A DNA stretch of 64,000 nucleotides. It comes from Burkholderiales bacterium. Its GTDB lineage: Bacteria > Pseudomonadota > Gammaproteobacteria > Burkholderiales > Thiobacteraceae. How positions within the stretch are numbered: position 1 is the first letter of the stretch; each line of letters begins with the position of its first letter. Shown here piece by piece: positions 21,791-29,788 of this stretch. The notes beneath the pieces were generated by a model. The model had not been told where the DNA came from, did no database searches, and saw only the letters and a list, made by a program, of their open reading frames with translations. Position numbers and translations under genes: made by a program. The DNA is taken from the NCBI GenBank assembly GCA_018781585.1, contig JADMJT010000006.1, positions 11,116-75,115 on the forward strand, written 5' to 3'.

Positions 21791-22850
21791 CATTGGTTAC
21801 ATGATCCAAACAAACACCATCCAGATCACGCCTGAGATTCTGACTTTGATCGCCAAGATCGATGAATTCAAGGGCGCTTGGCGTGCCCTAGGCTCGCTTG
21901 CACCTGATCGCTTATCGGCCCTGCGCCATGTCGCTACGATCGAGAGTATCGGCTCTTCCACGCGTATCGAAGGCAGCAAGTTATCGGACCGCGAAGTAGA
22001 ACGCCTACTGTCCAATTTGCAGATCAAGCACTTTGCAACTCGCGATGAGCAGGAAGTCGCCGGTTACGCTGAACTCATGGAACTGGTGTTCAGCGCGTGG
22101 CAGGACATCCCCTTCACCGAGAACCATATCAAGCAACTCCACCAGATATTGCTGCAGCACAGCGAGAAGGACGCGCGACATCGCGGCAATTACAAGACCA
22201 ACCCCAACCACGTGGTTGCCTTGGACGAGAACGGTGCACAGATCGGCGTCGTGTTTCAGACAGCCACACCCTTCGACACGCCGCGTCTAATGACGGAATT
22301 GCTTAACTGGGTTCAGGCTGAACGTGCAACAGCTCGCCTGCATCCGCTGCTAATCATCGCCTTGTGTGTCGTGGTGTTTCTTGAGATACACCCGTTCCAG
22401 GATGGCAATGGCCGACTCTCACGCGCACTCACCACCCTGCTGCTTCTGCAAACGGGCTATGCCTACGCGCCTTATAGTTCCCTGGAAAGCATAATCGAGC
22501 AAAACAAAGAAGCTTACTATCTGGCGCTGCGGCAAACCCAGGGAACAATTCGCAACGACACCCCGAACTGGCAACCGTGGCTTGTATTCTTCCTACGATC
22601 ACTGGCCGAGCAAGTAAAGCGACTAGAGAAAAAGGTCGAACGCGAAAAGATCGTATTGGCCGCACTGCCGGAACTCTCGTTGCAGATTGTCGAGTTTGCC
22701 CGCGAGCATGGTCGCATCACAATCGGTGAAGCTATCAAACTAACCGGCGCCAGCCGTAACACGCTCAAGCAGCATTTCCGTGCCCTTGTCGAACGCGGAC
22801 ACCTGAATCAGCATGGTAGCGGCCGTGGCGTTTGGTACGAACTAAAATGA
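21771..22850 (+). CDS. Fic/DOC-family protein (AMPylase-type) with a C-terminal winged-HTH; alternative start at 21801
   Basis: 359 aa. Canonical Fic motif HPFQDGNGRLSR. The C-terminal HTH-like region reads ITIGEAIKLTGASRNTLKQHFRALVERGHL. Confidence 0.85.
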   Translation: MGVIGCNIGYMIQTNTIQITPEILTLIAKIDEFKGAWRALGSLAPDRLSALRHVATIESIGSSTRIEGSKLSDREVERLLSNLQIKHFATRDEQEVAGYAELMELVFSAWQDIPFTENHIKQLHQILLQHSEKDARHRGNYKTNPNHVVALDENGAQIGVVFQTATPFDTPRLMTELLNWVQAERATARLHPLLIIALCVVVFLEIHPFQDGNGRLSRALTTLLLLQTGYAYAPYSSLESIIEQNKEAYYLALRQTQGTIRNDTPNWQPWLVFFLRSLAEQVKRLEKKVEREKIVLAALPELSLQIVEFAREHGRITIGEAIKLTGASRNTLKQHFRALVERGHLNQHGSGRGVWYELK

Positions 22851-22956
22851 TCGGCAAGATACCCTCCCACTTGAACTTTCACGCGCCAGCCCCATCTGAT
22901 TCCCGTACAATATGAAACAAGACAGTCGTGTGTCTTGTGCAGTAAATCTCAGCAAT

Positions 22957-23323
22957 GGGGGCGACCTGGCTTCGACGTGGGTTGCGAAGCAGTGCAGTGC
23001 ATACCGAGGACCAGTTACCTCGTAAATACATCTGGAAATTTATAGTTGCCAACGACGACAACTACGCTCTAGCCGCTTAATACCGGTTAGACTCTGCACC
23101 ACTTCTCCCATGGGGTGGATCTGAGCAATCAGACGCAGAGTCATATACATGGGATAGCGTTGTGCAGGGTCGCTTTGCACCAACGCGAAATCCAAGGCGA
23201 CTCGCTTGAACTCAGCCTGTTCGGCCGGCGTAGTTCGGGTTAAAACCAAAAGACCGGACTAAGTATGTAGATCTGTCTGTAGAGGACTTGCGGACGGGGG
23301 TTCGATCCCCCCCGCCTCCACCA
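22957..23323 (+). ncRNA. ssrA: tmRNA (transfer-messenger RNA)
   Basis: 5-prime end GGGGGCGACCTGGCTTCGACGTGGG. Tag reading frame GCC AAC GAC GAC AAC TAC GCT CTA GCC GCT TAA = ANDDNYALAA* at 23048-23080. 3-prime T-arm/acceptor GGGGGTTCGATCCCCCCCGCCTCCACCA. Confidence 0.97.
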
Positions 23324-23345
23324 TTAATACCCCCAACGGGGTCCA

Positions 23346-23375
23346 ACGCCGTCCAAGTGACGGCGTTTTTCTTTT
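23346..23375 (+). terminator. island-borne rho-independent terminator just after the tmRNA gene
   Basis: ACGCCGTC-caagt-GACGGCGT followed by TTTTTCTTTT. Confidence 0.7.
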
Positions 23376-23437
23376 GTATAACACAATGTTATACGTCCGC
23401 TATCAGCTTGCAATATCCACAGACCTCCAGTAATAAT

Positions 23438-23457
23438 GGGGGTACTGCAGGGGGTAT
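23438..23457 (+). repeat. putative integrase arm-type site, left end
   Basis: GGGGGTACTGCAGGGGGTAT. It shares the GGGGGTA-5nt-GGGGGTAT layout with 51501-51520. An inverted copy ATACCCCC lies at 23327-23334. Confidence 0.55.
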
Positions 23458-23485
23458 TTCGTTAAATCGAACTCAGGAGAAAGTC

Positions 23486-24748
23486 ATGGCTGGGGGTATC
23501 GGCGGAAAGCTATCAGATAAGGCAGTCAAAGCCTTCACTGCAAAGGCAGAGCGCGGCAAAAAACTTGCCGACGGCGGCGGGCTGCATCTTTTCATCACCC
23601 CGGCGGGCGGCGCCACATGGCGCATCAAGTACCGTATCAAGGGCAAGGAAAATATCTACTCCGTCGGACCTTACCCCCTGATCTCTCTCGCCGCTGCTCG
23701 GGTCGAACTGAGCAAGGTCAAAACGCTCCTCCTGGAAAGCAAGGATCCTGTCGCGGATCGCCGGGTAAACCGGGCGGTCACGGTGGCCTGCGCGGACAAT
23801 ACTTTCAAAAGCATCGCCCAGGAATGGCTGACCATGAAGCAACGTGAATGGAGCGCTGGGCACCATACCAAGTCGGCCAGAGCCTTCGAGCGTGACATCT
23901 ACCCGGCGCTTGGCAACTTACCTATCAGCAGCATCACCCCCGCCGTCGTCGCAAAAGCCATCGAGGACATCAACAAACGCGACGTCCTCGAAACCGCCAC
24001 CCGCATTCTCCAGCACCTGAACGGCGTGTTTCGCTACGCACAGGCAAAGGGGCTCTGCCGCGACAACCCCGCCCTGCCCGCCCGTGAAATCCTGCCGCGC
24101 AAGAAAGACAGCGGGCGCATGCCCGCGCTACTGGAATTTTCGGCGCTCGGCAACTTGCTGCGCCGCGCGGAAGCGGCTCGCCTCTCCCCCTCAGTGCGCA
24201 TGGCACATCGCCTATGCGCATTCACAGCCGCACGCATTGGCAACATTGTCGATGCCGAGTGGCGTGAATTTCACCTGCAAGATGAGCAGCCTGTCTGGAT
24301 CATCCCGCGCAAGAAGATGAAAGTCACCTCACGCGAGGCCGATCATCGCATCCCCTTATCGCCGGAGATCGCCGGCGAGCTACGCCAGTGGCGGGAGCTA
24401 TTCGGCGGGCGTGGCTTCGTCTTCCCCTCCCCGACCGGCGGGAAACATATCGGCAGGGAATCCATCGAAAAGGTCTACCGAGTGACATTGGGCTTGGCGG
24501 GCAAGCACTCGCCACACGGCTGGCGCAGCGCCTTTTCCACCTTGGCCCGGGATCACGGTTTCGAGCGTGACGTGGTGGAACTCTCGCTCGACCACATTCA
24601 CGACAACCAGGTCGCGCGCGCCTATGACCGCGGGGAACGGTTCGTCCAGCGGGTGGAATTGTTCAACTGGTGGGGCAAGCAGCTTGCTGGTGCCCAGCGC
24701 GGAGGAAAAATCATCCCGCTGCCGGGTAAAGCACCCATTGCGGCTTGA
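23486..24748 (+). CDS. tyrosine-type site-specific integrase, P4-like
   Basis: Track ORF 23288..24748 trimmed to the ATG at 23486, which follows AGGAGA. N-terminal KLSDKAVKAF...GGGLHLFITPAGGATWRIKYRIKGKE (DUF4102-type arm-binding domain). Catalytic region HRLPL..., HGWRSAF, and LDH...VARAY. Confidence 0.9.
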   Translation: MAGGIGGKLSDKAVKAFTAKAERGKKLADGGGLHLFITPAGGATWRIKYRIKGKENIYSVGPYPLISLAAARVELSKVKTLLLESKDPVADRRVNRAVTVACADNTFKSIAQEWLTMKQREWSAGHHTKSARAFERDIYPALGNLPISSITPAVVAKAIEDINKRDVLETATRILQHLNGVFRYAQAKGLCRDNPALPAREILPRKKDSGRMPALLEFSALGNLLRRAEAARLSPSVRMAHRLCAFTAARIGNIVDAEWREFHLQDEQPVWIIPRKKMKVTSREADHRIPLSPEIAGELRQWRELFGGRGFVFPSPTGGKHIGRESIEKVYRVTLGLAGKHSPHGWRSAFSTLARDHGFERDVVELSLDHIHDNQVARAYDRGERFVQRVELFNWWGKQLAGAQRGGKIIPLPGKAPIAA

Positions 24749-24945
24749 TTAGCTTCACCCCGGGCAATCACGATCAGAACGCATCGTACCTAGCGTGCTA
24801 TGAGTCGATGTGGCCCAATTAGCATTCAATAAATCGACCACTTACGCCGTCTGCTAAATTGGTACGCTCAAAAAATGTGCGAGGTCGCACAAAAGTCGAT
24901 CACCCTTGCAGTCTTTCCTGCCTACTTGGCGGGAACGCTTACGAC

Positions 24946-25434
24946 CTAAGTACCCCACGCAGAAAATCGCTTGCGGCACTCTTCCTCGGGGAAGCGGCTT
25001 TCTTCATCCATCATCGCTCGCAGGGCTTCGGTCGCCTTCTTTTTTGAGATGGCCTTGGATTCAACAAGTCGATCGAGCAACCAAAGTGATCCATGAACTA
25101 CTACGAATCGCTTGGCCGCAAGCTTGCGCAGCCTGCCATCGCCTGTCAACAACGTGCACTGCAGCTTGTCGGCCAGAAAAAAACAGGAAACATCTGCGAG
25201 TGAGCTGTAGTTGAGCGTTTGCATTAAGACACCGAGCCGGTTGATTTCTTCGCCGCTGAGGTCGTGAATCTTGAGCCCCAAGGAAATCAGACGCAGGGCT
25301 TCTGGGGCAATCAGTTCTGCCTTGACGAAATCGGTCGTGCAAAATTCGTACGGCAGACTGAACAAGACATCCAACAATCCGGCGCGATGGAAATCAACCC
25401 AGATGTTGGTGTCGGAAACCAGAATGCGAGGCAT
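24946..25434 (-). CDS. PIN-domain-like protein (putative toxin/nuclease)
   Basis: 162 aa. N-terminal ILVSDTNIWVDF acidic motif and TGDGRLRK near the C-terminal half. The start overlaps the upstream gene stop (TGATG). Confidence 0.6.
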   Translation of the reverse strand: MPRILVSDTNIWVDFHRAGLLDVLFSLPYEFCTTDFVKAELIAPEALRLISLGLKIHDLSGEEINRLGVLMQTLNYSSLADVSCFFLADKLQCTLLTGDGRLRKLAAKRFVVVHGSLWLLDRLVESKAISKKKATEALRAMMDEESRFPEEECRKRFSAWGT

Positions 25435-26480
25435 CAGGACTCCAGCGCACCAGCCCGTTCCAGGTCAGATAGCGAAATCTGCAAAAACTCCGCCGCTTTC
25501 GCCGGGGTATACAGCCCCTCCGCAAGCCCCCTGTAAACCAGCCAACGGAAACGGATAGGCTCTTCCCTTTCCAGCTTCTCGGGTTCGTCTTTTCGGAATC
25601 CCCATTGGCTGAACCGCACCATCATGAAACGATAGGTTGCTTCGGAAATGATGGCGATATCCAGCAGGCGGCGCAGCACCGCCTGCATCGATATGCCATA
25701 CGCGCGCTTCGCGAGTTTCAGCTCCTGGATGTGAACATGCGCGCGCTTCCGCCCGAATTCCTCGAAGACTTTCTCTTCCGGAAACAAAAAAGCCCCGGCG
25801 AAGCGGTGGCACCAGTTTTCACAATCCTTATCCGACAAGCTGGCGGGCATCTTCATCACGATATGGCCCAGCTCATGCGCGGCGGTAAATCGCTGTCGCT
25901 CGCCGGGCTTGTTCTGATTCACGATCACGACAATATGGTCGGAATCCTCGACAGTCGCCGAGAGACCGTCGAACGCATCAGGCGCATCAATTTCGACAAC
26001 CTTGATGCCATGATCTTCAAGCAGCTCGGTCAGATTCTGGATCGCATCAATGCCGATGGCCCACTGCTCTCGCAACAATTTAGCAGCGTTCTCAACATCC
26101 TTAACCGTGCGAACTGGAAACTTACGGCCGAGTGGGAAGGAAATCGCGACATCACCTGCTTCAAAGCAGGACTCAAGTGAAAGATATCGCTCGAGATGCT
26201 CGCGCGCCTGCTCTTCAATCGACCGCTGGTTGGTCTTCGAGAGTTTGGTTTGCTTGCGGAACTCGACCTCGCCCAACACCACCGTATCGGGGCGAAAAAA
26301 ATACTCGGGCTTTAACCCGAGTGCGTTGGCCAGTTGAATAATCCTGGTAGAGCCCGGCGTATCCCGCCCGGCCTCGTACTTGCTTAGCGCCTGCTTCGAA
26401 ATATCCCCGATAGCGTCGGCCAGATCCTGCAGCGACATACCCCGGAGAATTCGAGCGCGGCGAATGCGTTCATGTAACAT
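25434..26480 (-). CDS. XRE-family HTH fused to an ImmA/IrrE-type (M78) zinc metallopeptidase
   Basis: 348 aa. HTH RIRRARILRGMSLQDLADAIGDISKQALSKYEAG. HExxH motif AAHELGHIVM. Confidence 0.85.
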   Translation of the reverse strand: MLHERIRRARILRGMSLQDLADAIGDISKQALSKYEAGRDTPGSTRIIQLANALGLKPEYFFRPDTVVLGEVEFRKQTKLSKTNQRSIEEQAREHLERYLSLESCFEAGDVAISFPLGRKFPVRTVKDVENAAKLLREQWAIGIDAIQNLTELLEDHGIKVVEIDAPDAFDGLSATVEDSDHIVVIVNQNKPGERQRFTAAHELGHIVMKMPASLSDKDCENWCHRFAGAFLFPEEKVFEEFGRKRAHVHIQELKLAKRAYGISMQAVLRRLLDIAIISEATYRFMMVRFSQWGFRKDEPEKLEREEPIRFRWLVYRGLAEGLYTPAKAAEFLQISLSDLERAGALES

Positions 26481-26491
26481 GCCCCCTCCTT

Positions 26492-26529
26492 GGTTGACAT
26501 TTAATTATAAATAAAGTAATTTGTCAACC
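26492..26529. promoter_or_regulatory. palindrome with back-to-back divergent sigma70-like promoters / putative operator
   Basis: GGTTGACA-22 nt AT-rich-TGTCAACC. Each strand reads TTGACA, then 17 nt, then a -10-like hexamer (TAATTT or TTAAAT). Confidence 0.5.
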
Positions 26530-26558
26530 TCCAAACTACGTTTAAACAGGAGAACATC

Positions 26559-26765
26559 ATGAGCAAGCAACCTTCCAACCACGGCAAGTCCTGGACGCCC
26601 CAACAGGAAAAGCAGCTTCAGAAACTTGCTCACGAAAACACTCCCACGCGCGTCATCGGCCTCAAGATGGGGCGCACGGAAAGCTCCATCCAGAACAAGG
26701 CGAGCGACGTCGGCGTATCTCTGAAACCGGTCAATCAGTCGCCGTACAACCGCCGCAAACCTTGA
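26559..26765 (+). CDS. small hypothetical protein (possible Myb/SANT-like HTH)
   Basis: 68 aa. AGGAGA lies upstream of the ATG. WTPQQEKQLQKLAHENTPTRVIGLKMGRTESSIQNKA resembles a Myb-like repeat. Weak call. Confidence 0.45.
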   Translation: MSKQPSNHGKSWTPQQEKQLQKLAHENTPTRVIGLKMGRTESSIQNKASDVGVSLKPVNQSPYNRRKP

Positions 26766-26768
26766 GTG

Positions 26769-27635
26769 TCAGCCCCCGGCGGCATGTATAGGCACGATGC
26801 CTCTGCACGCCGGGTACTTTGAGCAGCCCCAAAAACTGCGGCCCATATTCTCACCTTGCTTGGCCGTGCGCCTTACCATCGAAGCACCACACTTCGGGCA
26901 TGCCGGCGCTGAGTCAGCACCCCTGCTAACCGAATCAGATATGACAGGTTCGGCTGCTGCATGAGAAGTGGATCGCACCGAGTCGATAACCCGCCGCAGC
27001 TTTTCTCCATCGATGAGCGCGATATTTTTACCACCTGCAAATTCTTTCGCCTCCTGCGTAAACACACCAGACGTAACAACCACGCCACCCTGCGCTTTCT
27101 GTGCAGCCATCACACCATAAAGCTCACGCACTGTTTTCACGCCAACCTTGAACGTCTTCCACTGCTTGCATTGCACAAGCACTGTTTGCCCGTTCTTCGT
27201 CAGCACTAAATCAACGCCGCCATCCGCGCCACCGCCGCCGATCTCGCGCACGTTGAAACCCTGCCGGCGATAGGCTTCGCCGACCAGCATCTCGAACTCC
27301 TGCCAGGACATGCCATTCAACGCGTCAGCATCCGCACGCTCGCCCGTTTTCTCAAGCAGATTTTCGCGCTTACGCCGACCCAATGCAGAAGCTAATGCGC
27401 CAACCATGAATGCCACAGGCAACAGATACTGCCCAATCATCGCCAGAGTCTTGTAAATCTGTTTAGCCGCGACGCCACCTGCGCCAGCCAGTTGAGTTGG
27501 CGTACTTAACTCCATGACAGCGAAAGGATGGATAACTAAATACGCCACGACTGCAATCACAATTCCAAGCCACCAAGGCAACATTGCAGCCAGGCTAACA
27601 AGATCATCAAATAAACCACCCTTGCGGCGACCCAT
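26769..27635 (-). CDS. membrane-anchored Mrr-like restriction endonuclease-fold protein with a C-terminal topoisomerase-type zinc ribbon
   Basis: 288 aa. Two to three N-terminal hydrophobic helices. Mrr_cat core GGADGGVDLVLTKNGQTVLVQCKQWK. Zinc ribbon CPKCGASMV...FWGCSKYPACRG. Confidence 0.8.
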   Translation of the reverse strand: MGRRKGGLFDDLVSLAAMLPWWLGIVIAVVAYLVIHPFAVMELSTPTQLAGAGGVAAKQIYKTLAMIGQYLLPVAFMVGALASALGRRKRENLLEKTGERADADALNGMSWQEFEMLVGEAYRRQGFNVREIGGGGADGGVDLVLTKNGQTVLVQCKQWKTFKVGVKTVRELYGVMAAQKAQGGVVVTSGVFTQEAKEFAGGKNIALIDGEKLRRVIDSVRSTSHAAAEPVISDSVSRGADSAPACPKCGASMVRRTAKQGENMGRSFWGCSKYPACRGIVPIHAAGG

Positions 27636-27671
27636 TCACTACCCCTTGTTCCCGTTATTCACAGATTCTAA

Positions 27672-29744
27672 TTAAAGCCGTAGATCATCAAGAAATTCGG
27701 AGGGTGTATCACCGCTTGTCACGAGTAGATGATCCCTTGCACGGGTACAAGCCACATAGAGTAAATGGCGTTCCGTGTTGTACACCTCTTCCAAGTCTGC
27801 ATCGTCGGCCACTGTCTCGATCCGCTCTTGCGAGGGGATGATCTCGTCGTCGCAAGCCATCACGACGACAGTTCGAAACTCCAAGCCCTTGGCCAGATGC
27901 ATTGTGCTTATTGAAACATAGCCACTGGTCGTTTCAACGTGCTCATCGAGCACTTTGTAAGGAAACCCCGCCCCTTCAACGGCCCCACGAGCCCTGTCCA
28001 GTTCAGCCGCGGAACGAACAAAAACGCCGATTTCGTGAGGTTTGATCCCCTCATCCCTCCTATCGGAGAGCCATCGCGCGACAACTTTTATTTCCTCGTC
28101 TGGCGTGCTCAGGATTTGGATGGCGGGGGCCGGCCCATTGAATACTGAAACCGTGCCACGTCGTTCCTCCGTATTGCCATCCACATCGGACAATTCCGGC
28201 CCCAGCAATTGATCGGCCTGCATCCGGATCTGATGCGAGGTTCGGTAGTTGATGTGAAGCGTGCGCGAGCGTCCGCGAATATCGACGCCGAGCGCTTTCC
28301 ACGAAAATGCCTGCTGAAAAATCCGTTGTCCCAGATCGCCTGCAAAGAAAAGGCTATTGGGCCGGCCGCCCCCAAGCGCGGCAAGGAAACGCAGTTGGGG
28401 TACATCGATATCTTGAGATTCATCCACCACGGCGAAATCAAATGGCGGATGTTTGCTGTCGGCAAGGTGTGATGCCAACCGGCTGAACATCTCGGCATGG
28501 GTGATCAGCTTGCGCGCTTTCAGCCCGGATCGAGCCTGCTCGAAGATCGACCAGAGCGCGCGCCGCTGCTGTTCCGGCAAGCGGGTTTTTCGCCCCAGCC
28601 GTTTGACATCACGATACGCATCCCAAGTGCCCAACTGCCATGCGTCAACAATCTGCTCCCACTCGGTCAGCAAAAACTGCTGGCTGAATTTGTTGCCATC
28701 GACCTTGCTGGCGACTTCGCCAAGCACCTGCCGCACCATCTCTCGTGAAGCAAGATTGGCCTTGCCGAAATTCGACTCATAGAGCCGCTGGCCAATCGCG
28801 TTCATGGAGTGCACTTCCAGCCGCTCGCCAAGGTGTGGTTCATTGCTGATAAGCCGCCTCAGTTTCGCGCGCAACGCATCGGCCAGCGTGTCAGAAAAAG
28901 TAGTGAGCAACACGCGGCTATCAGGATAGGTGCGGGTGAGAAAAACAGCCCGATGCAACGCAACAATCGTCTTGCCCGTACCCGCCGCGCCGGAAACCCG
29001 CGCAGGGCCACTGTAATCCCGCTCCACCCATTGCCGCTGCGCCGGATGGAGAAAGACAGTCCACTTTTCCCACGGGTAGTCGAGTGCACGCGCCAGCTCT
29101 TCCACATTACTCATCACACGGAAGCGGCGCTGCGCGTCCGGGTGCGCAAACGGGTCAACGCCGATAGCGGCAGGTTTTATGACTTGAGGCGTTACGCCGG
29201 TGGCCAGATCGAGCAAAGCCTCGGCTGCTTCGCCAGGCAAGTGGTCTGCCAGATCGAGAATCGAATCTTCATTCGCCTGGCGCACATCCGCTAGCCATTC
29301 GGCAGGCACCCCGTAGCCGAGCAACTCATCATCAGATACATGCGCAAACAACAGGGGTTTAGCCGGCGCGGCTTGCGCAACCTCGATGTATTTCGGGACG
29401 ATGATTTCCTCAACTCGTTCACGGATTTCCACCAACTGCGCCGCGCCAGTTTTAGGGTGCGTTTCCAGCTTGCGTCGCTCGGCCCAGTGATACGCCTTGT
29501 CGTGGTGATCGACATAGGCCAAGAGCAAACTGGCCGCCGTCTTGTGCACAATCATCCGAATGTCGCTGCTTACCCGTACCGACCAGAAATTCTTGTCCTT
29601 TGCTTTGTCGAGCTTATGGAAGCTCATGCCCGAATTGACCGGATTCATTTGCAGATCGAATGCGGTGGTTTTGACGGCTTTCTGCTCATCGCCTGTGAGT
29701 TTGGCGAGGCTGTCGGTGAAGGTGTCGGCGATGCGGAAGTCCAT
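27672..29744 (-). CDS. UvrD/Rep-type SF1 helicase with an N-terminal RelE/ParE-like domain
   Basis: 690 aa. Helicase motifs SGAAGTGKTIVAL (I), AVVDESQDI (II), INYRTS, MHLAKGLEFRTVVV and YVACTRARDHL (VI). The first 95 aa or so (FHKLDKAKDKNFWSVRVSSDIRMIVHK...LLLAYVDHHDKAYHWA) look like a RelE/ParE-fold module; that part is an inference. Confidence 0.8.
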   Translation of the reverse strand: MDFRIADTFTDSLAKLTGDEQKAVKTTAFDLQMNPVNSGMSFHKLDKAKDKNFWSVRVSSDIRMIVHKTAASLLLAYVDHHDKAYHWAERRKLETHPKTGAAQLVEIRERVEEIIVPKYIEVAQAAPAKPLLFAHVSDDELLGYGVPAEWLADVRQANEDSILDLADHLPGEAAEALLDLATGVTPQVIKPAAIGVDPFAHPDAQRRFRVMSNVEELARALDYPWEKWTVFLHPAQRQWVERDYSGPARVSGAAGTGKTIVALHRAVFLTRTYPDSRVLLTTFSDTLADALRAKLRRLISNEPHLGERLEVHSMNAIGQRLYESNFGKANLASREMVRQVLGEVASKVDGNKFSQQFLLTEWEQIVDAWQLGTWDAYRDVKRLGRKTRLPEQQRRALWSIFEQARSGLKARKLITHAEMFSRLASHLADSKHPPFDFAVVDESQDIDVPQLRFLAALGGGRPNSLFFAGDLGQRIFQQAFSWKALGVDIRGRSRTLHINYRTSHQIRMQADQLLGPELSDVDGNTEERRGTVSVFNGPAPAIQILSTPDEEIKVVARWLSDRRDEGIKPHEIGVFVRSAAELDRARGAVEGAGFPYKVLDEHVETTSGYVSISTMHLAKGLEFRTVVVMACDDEIIPSQERIETVADDADLEEVYNTERHLLYVACTRARDHLLVTSGDTPSEFLDDLRL

Positions 29745-29788
29745 GAATGGTTCTTTGTGTTAGCTAAATATAATCGCGGACTTCAAGC

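Noticed and set aside
22879-23249. Two minus-strand ORFs (60 and 69 aa)
   Set aside because: They fall inside the tmRNA gene, which explains this sequence completely.
23288-23485. N-terminal extension of the integrase ORF
   Set aside because: It would start inside the tmRNA 3-prime end and read through the terminator. The ATG at 23486 has an AGGAGA ribosome-binding site and begins the conserved integrase N-terminus.
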